Assembly: GCA_963740315.1 (NCBI GenBank)
Contig: CAVUDP010000004.1
Span: forward strand, 640,001 to 704,000
DNA from: an uncultured cyanobacterium
Lineage (GTDB): Bacteria; Cyanobacteriota; Cyanobacteriia; Cyanobacteriales; Nostocaceae
Reading direction: 5' to 3'
DNA length: 64,000 nucleotides
The position numbers were made by a program, and so were the translations under genes. Below, piece after piece: positions 20,373 through 31,722 of this stretch (positions are counted from its first letter, which is position 1; the number at the start of each line of letters is the position of its first letter). The notes beneath the pieces are model-generated. The model worked only from the letters and a program-made list of their open reading frames with translations. It had not been told where the DNA came from and did not search any database.

Positions 20373-20942
20373 TTAAGATTCTGAGGAATCTTCTTTCTCG
20401 GACACTGCTTTGATTGCGCGTGCCAAGGAATTTGGTACTTCGTTGATACCTGTCGCCAATTTGGTAGGTACTTGGTTGATTCCCACAGCCAATTTGGTGG
20501 CAATTGAATTCAAACCACCAGCGATGCGAGCCATTAATTCTTGCTTGGAAGGCAAATCCTTGAGCGCTTTGACTTGATCTACACTCAAAGCTTGCCCTTC
20601 AAGTACACCACCGCGAATTACTGTTTTCTTGGTGACTTTTTGGAATTCTTCGTAAGCCGTGATGGCATCTTTTAAGTCTTCTTTTACCAACAAGAAAACT
20701 GAAGAATCTTGAAGATACTGCGTCATTGGCTGCCATTGTCGATCGCCTTCAACAGCAATACGCATCAAGGTGTTTTTTGTTCTTTTACAAACAGTACCAG
20801 TTGGACGCATCCGATTACGCAAGTCGCTAATTTGCGATACGCTTAGCCCTTGGTATTCAATTACTAATGCTAGAGAAGACTCGCTCAAAAGCTCTTTGAG
20901 GTCGGCGACTATCTCCTTTTTATTTTCTAGCGTTCTACCCAT
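20373..20942 (-). CDS. rplJ: 50S ribosomal protein L10
   Basis: MGRTLENKKEIVADLKE, KNTLMRIA and LPSKQELMARIAG; position upstream of rplL. Confidence 0.97.
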   Translation of the reverse strand: MGRTLENKKEIVADLKELLSESSLALVIEYQGLSVSQISDLRNRMRPTGTVCKRTKNTLMRIAVEGDRQWQPMTQYLQDSSVFLLVKEDLKDAITAYEEFQKVTKKTVIRGGVLEGQALSVDQVKALKDLPSKQELMARIAGGLNSIATKLAVGINQVPTKLATGINEVPNSLARAIKAVSEKEDSSES

Positions 20943-20984
20943 CTTATATCACCTCCTTCATGGTTTTTATCGACCTTCAAAACA

Positions 20985-21176
20985 ACAAACCCTGACTGCA
21001 ACAGCCAGGGTTTAATAAACGGTTTAATATCTACAAAAACGTCTCTCTACGTTTTAATAAAATCCTTATGTCATCACATTCTTACCATTAAGGTTAGAAA
21101 TGAAAAACAATTAAGGTTTAAACCTAAGCAGGAAATTAAGCTTTTGTTAAAGCACCTACCGTCTCTGGCTGTTACC
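20985..21176 (-). promoter_or_regulatory. Ribosomal protein L10 leader (autoregulatory RNA)
   Basis: Minus strand reads cagccagagacggtaggtg...cttaatttcctgcttagg, matching the recalled L10-leader core. Hairpin aaaccctg/cagggttt lies upstream of the rplJ RBS. Confidence 0.75.
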
Positions 21177-21302
21177 TATTCAGTTTTTAAGTTAAAAATT
21201 AGGAGTAAGGAGTTAAAAATTAAAAATATTAACCTTCAAGACTCATAACTCACAAATCATAACTCAAAGTGCGATCGCAATCAATTATTATTTCGATCGC
21301 AG

Positions 21303-22022
21303 TTAAGCCGCTTGATCCATCTTCAAATCTCGCAAAGCGTTGGTATCAATTTTAATAGATGGTCCCATTGTGGCAGAGACATAAACTGTCCGCCAATAAC
21401 GACCTTTTGCTCCTGAAGGACGGTTACGGTCAATACTTTCTTGCAATGCCTTCAAGTTTACCAATAAATCTTCTGGGGAGAAAGATGCCTTGCCAAACAT
21501 AACATGAACTATGCCAGTACGGTCGGCTCGATATTCTAATTTACCAGCTTTGAATTCGGCGATCGCACTTGTCAGGTCAAATGTCACGGTTCCACCTTTG
21601 GGGGATGGCATCAAACCACGCGGTCCTAATAGTTTACCAAGTTTTGCTACTTGCGGCATCACGTCAGGGGTAGCAATCAACTTGTCAAAATCCATTCTTC
21701 CCTGCTGAATTTCGGTAATTAGTTCTTCCGAACCTACTACATCAGCACCCGCGCTGCTCGCCTCTGCTACTTTTTCACCTCGCGCAATTACTGCCACTCT
21801 GATGGTTTGTCCGGTTCCTTTTGGCAGTACTACTGTTGTCCGCAATTGCTGATCTGTATATTTGGGATCGATTCCCAAGCGAATATGCGCTTCAGCAGCT
21901 TCGGGAAATTTCGCCGTTGCCGTTTCTTTGAGCAAACTTAAGGCTTCTATCGGTTCGTAATCTTTCTCTTCTACTTTCTCAAGCAGCGTCTTTAAGCGAC
22001 GCGATAACTTATTATTTGCCAT
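21303..22022 (-). CDS. rplA: 50S ribosomal protein L1
   Basis: [28 protein letters not shown] and SATMGPS. Confidence 0.98.
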   Translation of the reverse strand: MANNKLSRRLKTLLEKVEEKDYEPIEALSLLKETATAKFPEAAEAHIRLGIDPKYTDQQLRTTVVLPKGTGQTIRVAVIARGEKVAEASSAGADVVGSEELITEIQQGRMDFDKLIATPDVMPQVAKLGKLLGPRGLMPSPKGGTVTFDLTSAIAEFKAGKLEYRADRTGIVHVMFGKASFSPEDLLVNLKALQESIDRNRPSGAKGRYWRTVYVSATMGPSIKIDTNALRDLKMDQAA

Positions 22023-22164
22023 TTTTTACTCCTGGGGTAATCAACGAGATTCTTCTCTCCCCCAATTAATTTTTGTTGATTGTTAGTTGTTAGTGGTTAG
22101 TGGTTAGTGGTTATTTGTTAGTTGTTTATAACTCTTAACTCAATACTCAATACTCAATACTTTC

Positions 22165-22590
22165 TTAATCGCTTACCGTGACACCCATATTACGAGCGGT
22201 ACCCGCAATGATTTTCATCGCCGCTTCAATGTCGTTGGCGTTCAAATCGGGCATTTTAGTTTCTGCAATTTCCCGCAATTGATCTTTTGTGATCGAACCA
22301 ACTTTAACTTTTTGTGGCTCGGCAGAACCTTTCTGTATTTTGGCTGCTTTGGTAATTAGTACCGATGCGGGAGGAGTTTTTAATATAAACGTAAAACTTC
22401 GGTCTTCAAAAACCGAAATTTCTACGGGAATCACCGTTCCAGCTTTATCGGCTGTTTTGGCGTTGTACTCCTTACAGAACATCATGATATTAACGCCGTG
22501 CTGACCTAAAGCAGGTCCCACCGGCGGCGCTGGGTTGGCTTTTCCAGCTTGCAGAGCCAGTTTAATAATCGCTGTTATTTTCTTCGCCAT
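22165..22590 (-). CDS. rplK: 50S ribosomal protein L11
   Basis: [22 protein letters not shown]. Confidence 0.98.
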   Translation of the reverse strand: MAKKITAIIKLALQAGKANPAPPVGPALGQHGVNIMMFCKEYNAKTADKAGTVIPVEISVFEDRSFTFILKTPPASVLITKAAKIQKGSAEPQKVKVGSITKDQLREIAETKMPDLNANDIEAAMKIIAGTARNMGVTVSD

Positions 22591-22596
22591 TTCTTA

Positions 22597-23238
22597 CTAG
22601 CTTTGTTTTTCTACTTGATTAAATTCCAATTCCACTGGCGTGTCTCTTCCGAAAATCGAAAGCGATGCTTTGAGCTTACTTCTTTCCGGACTGACTTCGA
22701 TAACTTCACCTTCAAAATCTTTAAACGGACCTGAAAGCACGACTATCTTATCACCAGCAGCCATATCTATCTTCACTACTGGCTCTTGTTCGGTAGCTTG
22801 CTTGAAGATTCTTTCTACTTCACTATGAGAAAGCGGTAACGGTTTTACGTGTCCGCGCCCTCTACCAGTACCTCGCTTTTGTTCGGCTCCTACGAAGTTG
22901 ATTACATGGGGAGTGTTTCGCACCACCTGCCATATATCATCTTCCATTTCCATCTTTACCAGTACATAGCCAGGAAATACCTTTTCTTCTGTACTGTAGC
23001 GACTGCCATCTTTACGTATCTTGACTGTTGGCGTGTGTGGAATTTCTACTTGGATAATTTTGTCAGCTACATCAAAAGTTTGAATACGCTGCTCCAAGTT
23101 GGTTTTTACACGCTTCTCGCAGCCAGAGGCGACTTGCACTGCAAACCAGCGGGCTGCACGCACGCCATCGTTTTGTGCTGCATCTGTTTCCTCTGACTGC
23201 AACGGCGAATTACGATCTTCGTCTGTTGCAGAATTCAT
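22597..23238 (-). CDS. nusG: Transcription termination/antitermination factor NusG
   Basis: WFAVQVASGCEKRV, FPGYVLV and KOW motif GPFKDFEG. Start at ATG 23238 overlaps the secE stop. Confidence 0.97.
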   Translation of the reverse strand: MNSATDEDRNSPLQSEETDAAQNDGVRAARWFAVQVASGCEKRVKTNLEQRIQTFDVADKIIQVEIPHTPTVKIRKDGSRYSTEEKVFPGYVLVKMEMEDDIWQVVRNTPHVINFVGAEQKRGTGRGRGHVKPLPLSHSEVERIFKQATEQEPVVKIDMAAGDKIVVLSGPFKDFEGEVIEVSPERSKLKASLSIFGRDTPVELEFNQVEKQS

Positions 23239-23459
23239 TTGAATACCACTGTTGCTGCCCAAGCAAAGAATTTATCTACAAAAAATATCACTGTAGCGGA
23301 AAGAGTTACCATCAACAGCACCGCTGCGGATTCACTCACGAGCTGTTTGCGACTTGGCCAAACGACTTTTTCAAATTCCTCTTTGGTTCCTTTAAAAAAG
23401 TTGCTAATACTAAATCCGCTATTCATTTCTTGCATTTGTGCTTCGTTCTTTTTGGCCAC
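23235..23459 (-). CDS. secE: Preprotein translocase subunit SecE
   Basis: EEFEKVVWPSRKQL plus one TM helix; located upstream of nusG. Confidence 0.95.
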   Translation of the reverse strand: MAKKNEAQMQEMNSGFSISNFFKGTKEEFEKVVWPSRKQLVSESAAVLLMVTLSATVIFFVDKFFAWAATVVFK

Positions 23460-23652
23460 AGTCCTTACTCTCCCCTTTACCTTATATTCTTGTTACACGG
23501 AAGTCTCCATTAATAGTAACAGCTTTAAATTAGACTAATATTTATATCAAATAGATAAAGCTGCTATAAAAATAAAATCAACCCGAAATTTTCAGTAAAA
23601 CTGATATTACAGTTATAGCTGCAAAATTTTCGGGCTGCATTTTATTTGAGAG

Positions 23653-23725
23653 CGCGCCCTGGAGGACTTGAACCCCCGACATCAGGTTTTGGAGACCTGC
23701 GTTCTACCAACTGAACTAAGAGCGC
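23653..23725 (-). tRNA. trnW: tRNA-Trp (CCA anticodon)
   Basis: GCGCTCT TA GTTC AGTTGGTA GAAC G CAGGT CTCCAAA ACCTG ATGTC GGGGG TTCAAGT CCTCC AGGGCGC G forms a 73-nt cloverleaf; canonical position before secE. Confidence 0.97.
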
Positions 23726-23912
23726 ACAAGCTTTGTTGATAATTTTTTTGTGCCGGTGATTATTAGTTTAACCTAATTATGACAAATACGATCTACTTTT
23801 TTCTAGAAATTAATGAAGAGCGGCGGTGGAGGCAGCGCTGGCGCGGGAGTTTTCCCCCATTAGGATGCCGCTTTGGTGTAAATGCCTTGACTTCATCGAT
23901 GTATTTGCTATA

Positions 23913-24275
23913 TCACAACGAGCGGTCAAAACGTTGCTTAATACGGGTAGCTTTACCGATGCGATCGCGTAGATAATAAAGTTTCGCACGTCGTACTTTA
24001 CCGCGACGCATGACTTTTATGCTATCAATTCGGGGAGAATTCACCAGAAAAACCCTTTCAACGCCAACGCCTTGAAATACTTTGCGAACTGTAATGGTTT
24101 CATTAATTCCACCATTACGCTTGGCAATTACAACTCCTTCGTAGGGCTGTACCCGAAATTTTTCGCCTTCTTTAATTTTTACTCCGACTCTTACGGTATC
24201 ACCTACGTAAATTAATGGTAGGTCTGTTTTAAGATGTTCCGCTTCTATGTCACGGATTATTTGTTGTACGTTCAT
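23913..24275 (-). CDS. rplS: 50S ribosomal protein L19
   Basis: [15 protein letters not shown] and [14 protein letters not shown]. Confidence 0.98.
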   Translation of the reverse strand: MNVQQIIRDIEAEHLKTDLPLIYVGDTVRVGVKIKEGEKFRVQPYEGVVIAKRNGGINETITVRKVFQGVGVERVFLVNSPRIDSIKVMRRGKVRRAKLYYLRDRIGKATRIKQRFDRSL

Positions 24276-24445
24276 TGGTTATGGGTTATCTTCAAATCTC
24301 ACGATCGCTAATAATAAATCAATATTGAAGTTAAGTCCACTCATTTAAAACTATTATTTTGCCGATCGCCAGAATATTTTGTATAAAGCAAAATATCTTT
24401 TTATATTGGATAGTTTACAAGGCTGTAGATAAAGGTGTGAGATGT

Positions 24446-25414
24446 ATGAAATTTAGCGTTGTGATTACAACCTACAATCGTTTAGATTTACTCAAACGAG
24501 CCATGAACTCTGCACTTAATCAAACTATTGAGTGTGAAGTTGTTATTGCTGATGATTGTTCTTCTGATGGTACGCGGGAGTACGTCGAATCCTTCAAGGA
24601 ACAGATGCCACCCTCCACTCAGCAACGACTAGTTTACTTTTGCAACAGTACTAATTCCGGTCATGCTGCGACAGTAAATGCTGGGATTACGATAGCGAAA
24701 GGCGAGTGGATTAAGTTTTTGGACGATGATGACTATCTCGCCAGCAATTGTTTGTCAGAAATGCAACGGGCGATCGCACTTTGTGAAAATGCTGTAATCT
24801 GCTCTTGTATTGCGGCTCAGGTGAATGAGTTTGAAGTTGAACTTAGTCGTACACCAGTACTAGGTTCGGGATTGGCTTTCTACATTCCTCAAGCAGATAT
24901 TCATTACGGTATGCTTTTGGAAAAATTACCATTTGGTACGCCAGTTCAAGTGGCTTGTAGCCGTGAAGCTTTCTTGAAAAGCGGTGGATGGGATACATTG
25001 ATGGGCTGCGATAGTGATGATATCGATTCTTGGATTCGTATTGGTCAGTTTGGTGATGCCCTAATCGTAAATCAGTGTTTGGCTTACCGAACAATTTGGT
25101 CTGGAGGATACAACCAAAAAGTCTTTCTTAAAAAGCGTTTGAATACCAATATTTTAATGAAAGAGAAGATTTACGCTTTAGTTAACGAGCAGTATCGCTC
25201 CGATATTCCAGCCTTTAATGATATTAAACATTACTTGAAACTGCATTGGGCAATAGTCGCTTTAAAGCAAAAGAATCTCAAAAATTTTATTATATTAGCA
25301 GATGTATCTGTTTTATCTTTGACTGCTTGGCGGCTTTTGTTCGCTTCAGCTTTAGCACGTCGTGGTAATTTACACTGCCCTAATTTACGTAAAATTGTCT
25401 TAATCGAATCATAA
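24446..25414 (+). CDS. Family 2 glycosyltransferase
   Basis: MKFSVVITTYNR, DDCSSDGT and FLDDDD (DxD). Confidence 0.9.
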   Translation: MKFSVVITTYNRLDLLKRAMNSALNQTIECEVVIADDCSSDGTREYVESFKEQMPPSTQQRLVYFCNSTNSGHAATVNAGITIAKGEWIKFLDDDDYLASNCLSEMQRAIALCENAVICSCIAAQVNEFEVELSRTPVLGSGLAFYIPQADIHYGMLLEKLPFGTPVQVACSREAFLKSGGWDTLMGCDSDDIDSWIRIGQFGDALIVNQCLAYRTIWSGGYNQKVFLKKRLNTNILMKEKIYALVNEQYRSDIPAFNDIKHYLKLHWAIVALKQKNLKNFIILADVSVLSLTAWRLLFASALARRGNLHCPNLRKIVLIES

Positions 25415-25702
25415 TAATATTTTATCGTAAATTGTTTTACCTATATATAGTCGATCGAATATAATTTCTAATAAGCACAAAAGATTAAAAATATTTAATC
25501 GATTAATTTTCATCCGGATCTAAATAACTATTACAAGTAATGAATAAGTTTACAATCGTAAATATCAGATTTAAACTTAGAGAAAACAGTCTAAGTATAT
25601 AAACTTCTACCTTAAGTATTAAGCAAAACTTCCATTCCACTAGTTACTATAATTTAATCCTCTGGATAAATTTAATTATTTATTAGAATTCACGATATCT
25701 CA

Positions 25703-26764
25703 ATGAAAATAATACATATTCTGAACGATATTCAAGAAATTGGTAACGGTATCATCAATGTGGCTGTAGATATCGCTTGTTTACAAGCCAAAAATGGTCA
25801 TGATGTCGCAGTAATTTCCGATGGTGGTGAATATGAAATCTTGCTCAGTAAATATGGTGTAAAACATTACCATTTAAATCAAAAAAGAACGCCGCTTAAT
25901 ATTCTCAAAGCAGGAATAATTTACCGAAAGATTATCAAAGATTTTCAGCCAGATATCGTTCACGCTCATATGATGACAGGAATTTTATTAGCAAGTGCTT
26001 TGAGAATTGGAAACAATTATGGTTTAGTTTCTACAGTACATAATGAGTTTCAGCGTCAAAGTATATTAATGGGTTTAGCTGACAGAGTAATTGCTGTTAG
26101 TAAAGCTGTTGCTCAAAATACGATCCAGCGGGGAATTCCAGAAAATAAATTACGGGTTATCTGTAACGGAACTTTGGGAAGCCCGCGTAACCCGATCGAA
26201 ACTGAATACCAATTACAATTGCAGCATCCAGCAGTTGTGACTCTTGCCGGAATGTATCAGCGTAAAGGTATTGCTGTATTAATAGATGCTTTCGAGCAAA
26301 TTGCAGATTTATTTCCTCAAGCCCATCTTTATATAGTAGGAAATGGTCCGGATAAACAACTGTTTGAAGCACAAGCACAGCAAGTAAGCTCCGTGAATCG
26401 GATTCATTTTGAAGGTTATCAGCCACAACCGCAGCGCTACTTAAACTCTTGCGATCTATTTGTCCTCGCTTCATTTCGCGATCCTTGTCCGCTGGTACTT
26501 TCAGAAGCACGTGAAGCAGGCTGTGCTATTATTGCCACCGATGTTGATGGGATTCCCGAAGCTTTAGATTATGGTGAAGCTGGGCTTTTGGTACCGCCAA
26601 GAGATAGTCAAGCTTTAGCAAACACTTTGACAAAATTGCTCAATGATGAAAGTACATTAAACGAATGGAAAAATCGAGCCAGTCAAAATTTAGAACGTTT
26701 GAATGTTAAGCGCGTTTGTCAGGAAACATTAGCGGTTTATCGAGAATTGGACAATAGGGGATAG
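25703..26764 (+). CDS. Family 4 glycosyltransferase
   Basis: PDIVHAH, RKGIAVLIDAF, DPCPLVLSEAREAG and TDVDGIPE. Confidence 0.9.
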   Translation: MKIIHILNDIQEIGNGIINVAVDIACLQAKNGHDVAVISDGGEYEILLSKYGVKHYHLNQKRTPLNILKAGIIYRKIIKDFQPDIVHAHMMTGILLASALRIGNNYGLVSTVHNEFQRQSILMGLADRVIAVSKAVAQNTIQRGIPENKLRVICNGTLGSPRNPIETEYQLQLQHPAVVTLAGMYQRKGIAVLIDAFEQIADLFPQAHLYIVGNGPDKQLFEAQAQQVSSVNRIHFEGYQPQPQRYLNSCDLFVLASFRDPCPLVLSEAREAGCAIIATDVDGIPEALDYGEAGLLVPPRDSQALANTLTKLLNDESTLNEWKNRASQNLERLNVKRVCQETLAVYRELDNRG

Positions 26765-26913
26765 GAGATGGGGTTCGGGGGAGTACTTCGACAAGTCTTA
26801 CAGTGAGCTACGTCGAACTGCTCAGTAACCTTTGGGGAGAGGGGGAGACAAGGGGATAAAAATAATTTTAACCTTTGACATGCAGACCTTTAACATGCAG
26901 ACCTTAATTACTC

Positions 26914-29900
26914 CTAACTCCTTCCCCATTTCCCAGCGAACAAATCGTGCAACAAAATATAAAAACAGGGAATCACAAATAAAGTCAGTAGCGTTGCTAA
27001 AGACAACCCGGAAAATACTACTACACCCAAAGGTTGTAAAAATTCCGAACCTTCACCAATTCCTAATGCTAGGGGGAACATACCTAAAACTGTAGTAATG
27101 GTTGTCATTAATACCGGACGCAAGCGTTGAGGTGCGGCTTGCAATATTGCGCTTTGGCGATCGATACCTTTTCGTTCGCGAATTTGATTTGCTAGCTCTA
27201 CCATAATAATGGCGTTGTTAACAACAATTCCTACTAATAATACGGCACCAACTATAACTGTTGCACCGATCGCTGTTTGAGTAATGTAAAGCCCTAAAAT
27301 TCCCCCAGCTAACGCCAAAGGGATTGTAAACATAATTACTAAGGGATCTACAAGGGAATTGTACTGCACTGCCATGACTACAAATACTAGAAAAGCGGCT
27401 AATCCTCCCAACAATTTCAAAGAATTTTGTAGTTGCTGATTGGCTTCTGATGCCGAACTGGGCAATACCGACACACCCGACGGTAAATCCAAAGTAGCAA
27501 GTACGGAATTCACCTGTTTTGTGGCTTCGCTAAGACTGGCTCCTTCAGATAAATTACCGGCAATAATAAAAACTTGACGCTGGTTGATCCGCTGAATTTC
27601 TCCAGGTGCTTTTCCCTCTACAATTTCAGCAACATCACTCAAACGTATTTGACGGTTATTATCAACAAATAAAGGTAGTCTTGCTAATTCCGAAGAAGAT
27701 TGTATGGAGTCTTCATCTAACTGTACTCTTATATCTACCAAACGGTTATCGCGCTGCAACTGAGTAGGTGTACTACCTTCAATAGCGGTTTGAATTGTGT
27801 CGCCAATTTCTTGAGCGGTTAATCCTACTGCTGCAACTCTTTCCCAGTTAGGAAGAATTTGAATTTCTGGTTGACGCGGATCGGCATCGGGACGAAATCT
27901 GGCTAAGGGTACTTGCTCCTCTACCGCAGCTAACACTTGACGACCTGCTTCTTCTAAGGATTCAGAATCATTTCCTTGCAAAATAATATCAACATCTGCA
28001 CCACGCACGGGAGAATTACTTAAAATCAAACCCCTAACTTCACCGGGGCTGATACGCAAGCGAATTCCTGCTAAATTGAGCTTATCAAACTCGGCGGAAA
28101 CTTTTTCGACATAAGCTTCTATATCGGTACCGGGTTTTAAAGTAATGGTACTCGAACCCCGAAGTGGGTTTTCGCTGGTACTAGTACCAAATAGAAAACC
28201 GCCAGAAGTGGTAAAAGCGTACTCGGTTTCTGACTGATTGAGCAAAATGTCATCTACCGCAGCCATCACTTTTTGGTTTGTTTCTAATGGTGTACCGGGA
28301 GGAAACTGAGCAAATAATCGAGCTTGTCCGGTACTGATGCGCGGTAAAATTTCTTGAGGGATTTGGGGAATCATCCATAAACTGCTTCCACCAAAAATTA
28401 AAATAGCCAGCCCAATTGCTAACAATCGAAAACGCAGCACTTTACTTAAAAAATTGCCGTATGCTCTCGTAGCGTCTTCAAAACGGCGATTAAACTGACT
28501 TAGCAACCAAAATTCATTTAAGCGACTCGACCATCTCCACGCTAATAATCGAGATGTCATCATTGGCACAACTGTGACTGCAATCAAGATAGAAGCCGCG
28601 ATCGAAAAGCTGATTGTGAGAATTAATTCGTTGAATAGCAGCGAAATAAAGCCACCGATTAATACAAATGGTAATACCGCAACTAAGTTTGTACTGGTGG
28701 AAGCAATTAATGCTGATTCAACTTCCCGGCTACTTTTTTCGGCTTGATTAAGTAGTTGATGCGGACTCAAGCGAGTTTTTGTATTTTTTCCGGGAGTCAT
28801 CCCCGCACCCTCGGCAATATTCTCCAACATGACAATGGAGTTATCGACGACAATCCCCACACCCAAAGCCAAACCACCCAAACTAAACACGTTGAGAGAT
28901 AAACCAAATATTCCCATCAAAATAATTGCGGCTAAAGTTGCCAAGGGAATTGCCAGCACGATAATCAGCGTTTGACGGATAGAACCAAGAAATAACAAAA
29001 CGGCGATCGCAGCTAGCAAGGTGCCAATTAAACCGGAAGTGGCGACGTTGGATATAGAATTACTGATAAATTTTGATTCATCCGAAGTAGTTGTAATTAC
29101 CGTTCCTTCTGGAATTACACCAGATTCTTTTAACTGTTCTAAACGCTTTTTGACATCATCTACAACGTTGATTGTATTGGCATCCGGTTGCTTTTGAACG
29201 CTGAGTTTTACCGATTCTTCGCCATTGAGCAAAACGAACACGCGCTGTTCTTCGGCACCATCTATAACTTGAGCAAAATCTCGCAGGTAAACTCGTTGAG
29301 GAGAAGTTGGCGTTGTAGATGATTCGGAGGGAGAAGACACTTCAAAGGAAAGATTTTTAAGTTCTTCAGCATCTTTAAAACGTCCTACAGTCCGGATTAA
29401 TGGTTCGGAATTTTCCCCCAAAATTCTACCACCGGAAATATCTTGGTTGCGGGTTCTCAGTTCATCAAGTACGTCATTTAAACCTACACCCAAAGCTTGC
29501 AAGCGGTTTAAGTCAATATTTACCCTAATTTCTTCTTGAAGACCTCCCGATACATCTACCCCTGCAACTCCCGGAACTACACTGAGTTCGCGAGCTAATT
29601 CTTCTTCCGCAAATACACGCAGGTCAACTCCTTTCAAAGAAGGGGAAGTTAAAGCAAATTCGTAAATAGGTAATTGGGAAGGGTCGAATTTGAAAATACG
29701 CGGTGCTTCAAGAGTATCTGGAAGACGGCTTCTGGCTCTGTTATATGCAGCAGTCGCATCGTTGAGGGCTTGATCGATGTTACCCCCCGGTTGAAAGTAC
29801 ATATCTACACTTATTCTTCCTTCACGAGTTTGAGAATATACCTGAATCACACCTTCTGTAGCAGCAAAAGCTTCTTCTAAAGGTCTGGTAATTTCATCAA

Positions 29901-30105
29901 CTCCTACTTGCGGAGAAATCCCGGGAGCTTCTAAACGTGCGCCAATTCGGGGATAGGTAATTGATGGCAGCAAATCTACTGGTAATCGGATGATATAAAA
30001 AACACCTAAAACAATCACTGCCAGCGTCAGCATCAGCGTACCGATATGCTGCCGGATAGAAACACCGCTAATACTAAATCCGCTTTTTTCGTTAATCTGC
30101 TGCAT
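26914..30105 (-). CDS. RND efflux transporter permease (AcrB/CusA family)
   Basis: GIVVDNSIVMLENI, GIVVNNAIIMVE and RLRPVLMTT motifs; about 1060 aa. Start at ATG 30105 is inferred. Confidence 0.95.
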   Translation of the reverse strand: MQQINEKSGFSISGVSIRQHIGTLMLTLAVIVLGVFYIIRLPVDLLPSITYPRIGARLEAPGISPQVGVDEITRPLEEAFAATEGVIQVYSQTREGRISVDMYFQPGGNIDQALNDATAAYNRARSRLPDTLEAPRIFKFDPSQLPIYEFALTSPSLKGVDLRVFAEEELARELSVVPGVAGVDVSGGLQEEIRVNIDLNRLQALGVGLNDVLDELRTRNQDISGGRILGENSEPLIRTVGRFKDAEELKNLSFEVSSPSESSTTPTSPQRVYLRDFAQVIDGAEEQRVFVLLNGEESVKLSVQKQPDANTINVVDDVKKRLEQLKESGVIPEGTVITTTSDESKFISNSISNVATSGLIGTLLAAIAVLLFLGSIRQTLIIVLAIPLATLAAIILMGIFGLSLNVFSLGGLALGVGIVVDNSIVMLENIAEGAGMTPGKNTKTRLSPHQLLNQAEKSSREVESALIASTSTNLVAVLPFVLIGGFISLLFNELILTISFSIAASILIAVTVVPMMTSRLLAWRWSSRLNEFWLLSQFNRRFEDATRAYGNFLSKVLRFRLLAIGLAILIFGGSSLWMIPQIPQEILPRISTGQARLFAQFPPGTPLETNQKVMAAVDDILLNQSETEYAFTTSGGFLFGTSTSENPLRGSSTITLKPGTDIEAYVEKVSAEFDKLNLAGIRLRISPGEVRGLILSNSPVRGADVDIILQGNDSESLEEAGRQVLAAVEEQVPLARFRPDADPRQPEIQILPNWERVAAVGLTAQEIGDTIQTAIEGSTPTQLQRDNRLVDIRVQLDEDSIQSSSELARLPLFVDNNRQIRLSDVAEIVEGKAPGEIQRINQRQVFIIAGNLSEGASLSEATKQVNSVLATLDLPSGVSVLPSSASEANQQLQNSLKLLGGLAAFLVFVVMAVQYNSLVDPLVIMFTIPLALAGGILGLYITQTAIGATVIVGAVLLVGIVVNNAIIMVELANQIRERKGIDRQSAILQAAPQRLRPVLMTTITTVLGMFPLALGIGEGSEFLQPLGVVVFSGLSLATLLTLFVIPCFYILLHDLFAGKWGRS

Positions 30106-30348
30106 ATTTTCAATTAACAATTATCAGTTATCAGTTATCAATTAACCACTATCAATATTTTCTAAAACTCATTAATTATTAAATATCGACCAACTACTAA
30201 CAACTACTTTCTTCCCGCTCTGTAATTATTTATCTCTCTTTACATCTTTCCTCTGCGCTCTGTGCGTCAAGCATCGGTTTTTTATCGGTAATCATAAAGC
30301 CGGGAGAACACTAACAACTTTCACCCGTAGGGTGTGGATCGTCAACTA

Positions 30349-31722
30349 TCAATTTTTAATTGATTCGCCTTTTTCTGAAAGAATTGAAAGACGTACAGAT
30401 GCACCATCTTTCAACGGTTCTCCGCTACGAGCTACAAATTTTTCTCCCGGTTGCAATCCAGATATAATTTCGACTTTGCCATCAACCTTTTTTCCGATTG
30501 TTACTTCTCTGGCTGACACCGTAGGTTTTCCTTGTGTTTGTGTTAAAACAAATATTTTTTCTTGACGATTTTGATTGAGTTTTTGTTTACTTTCGGTTTC
30601 TCTTCTCCTTTCTCCTTGCAAGGCTGTCTCTGGTATGACAACATTTGCTTGTTCGGGGGACGTAAAATCAACTCTTGCTAATAAACCGCTACCAATCTGT
30701 AGATCGTTATTGGGAATAACTACTTCTACTGGTACTAGTCGAGCAGTTGGATCGGCGGCTGGAGAAATACGGGTAACTGTTCCGTAATATGTTTGGTTGG
30801 GGAAAGCATCTAAACGTACTTGTACGGATTGCCCAACCTGAATTTTTGCTAATTCTAATTCGGAGACTTGAACTTCCACTTTAATGCGGTTGAAGTCCCC
30901 TATTTTTAATAGTTCATTCCCCGGTTGAACAAAATTTCCTGGTTCTGTTAACCTTTGTAAAACCGTGCCAGCAATCGGTGATGCCAATCTTGCGTATGTT
31001 CGTCGTTCTACAGTTTCTGCAACTACTGCTTGTTGAGCTACAACTCTACCCTGCGCCGCAGCAAGGGCTTGCTGTTCTGTACTGACGTTTTCTTGAGCCG
31101 CACGAACAACTTGAGCGGCAGTTTGCGCTTCTGTACTTGCTTGCTCGGCTGCTGCGCGGGCGATCGCACCAAGTTGTGCTAGTTTTTGCTGTCTTTGGGA
31201 ATCTGCTTGCTGTTGTTGGAGTTGCAACCGCGTTCTTTCTACTTCTACACGAGCATTGCTTATCTGAGTCTTGATGCGTGCAACTTCAGATTTAAGAGAT
31301 GCTAATTCTGCTTCTGCTTGATTTATTGCCGTTTTCAGTAGAGCATCATCTATTTGCCCAATGACTTGCCCTTTGTTTACTGCATCCCCTACATCTACAT
31401 TTAACGCTAGAAGCCTTCCTTGCACCTGCGATCGCAATGACACTGTACTAAAAGGTGTTGTAGTACCCGTCAGCGGCTGTTCTTTTTGTAACGAACCCGT
31501 GCGGGCGATCGCAACATCCACAGCCGTTGCACCACCTTTTTCTCCCCTACCCCCACGCTCAGAAGCAGCTCCTGCTGATTCTTTCGGAGATTCGCCGCAA
31601 CCAGTAGTTAAAAGCCCCAAGCCTAAGACACAAGCAATCAATCCGCAAGAAGGAATCAAGCGATAGGCTTCGGAAAAAAAATCTTTATTATGTTGTCTGG
31701 TTGTCTCCTTTTTGTAGGGCAT
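30349..31722 (-). CDS. RND efflux periplasmic adaptor (membrane fusion protein)
   Basis: Lipoprotein-like LTTGC; lipoyl half-motifs VDVGDAVNKGQVI and ASPIAGTV; coiled-coil hairpin; adjacent to the permease gene. Confidence 0.92.
   Translation of the reverse strand: MPYKKETTRQHNKDFFSEAYRLIPSCGLIACVLGLGLLTTGCGESPKESAGAASERGGRGEKGGATAVDVAIARTGSLQKEQPLTGTTTPFSTVSLRSQVQGRLLALNVDVGDAVNKGQVIGQIDDALLKTAINQAEAELASLKSEVARIKTQISNARVEVERTRLQLQQQQADSQRQQKLAQLGAIARAAAEQASTEAQTAAQVVRAAQENVSTEQQALAAAQGRVVAQQAVVAETVERRTYARLASPIAGTVLQRLTEPGNFVQPGNELLKIGDFNRIKVEVQVSELELAKIQVGQSVQVRLDAFPNQTYYGTVTRISPAADPTARLVPVEVVIPNNDLQIGSGLLARVDFTSPEQANVVIPETALQGERRRETESKQKLNQNRQEKIFVLTQTQGKPTVSAREVTIGKKVDGKVEIISGLQPGEKFVARSGEPLKDGASVRLSILSEKGESIKN

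Noticed and set aside
23653..23725. tRNA-Trp as an island integration site
   Set aside because: Flanked by canonical secE and rplS; no integrase or duplicated tRNA 3' end was seen.
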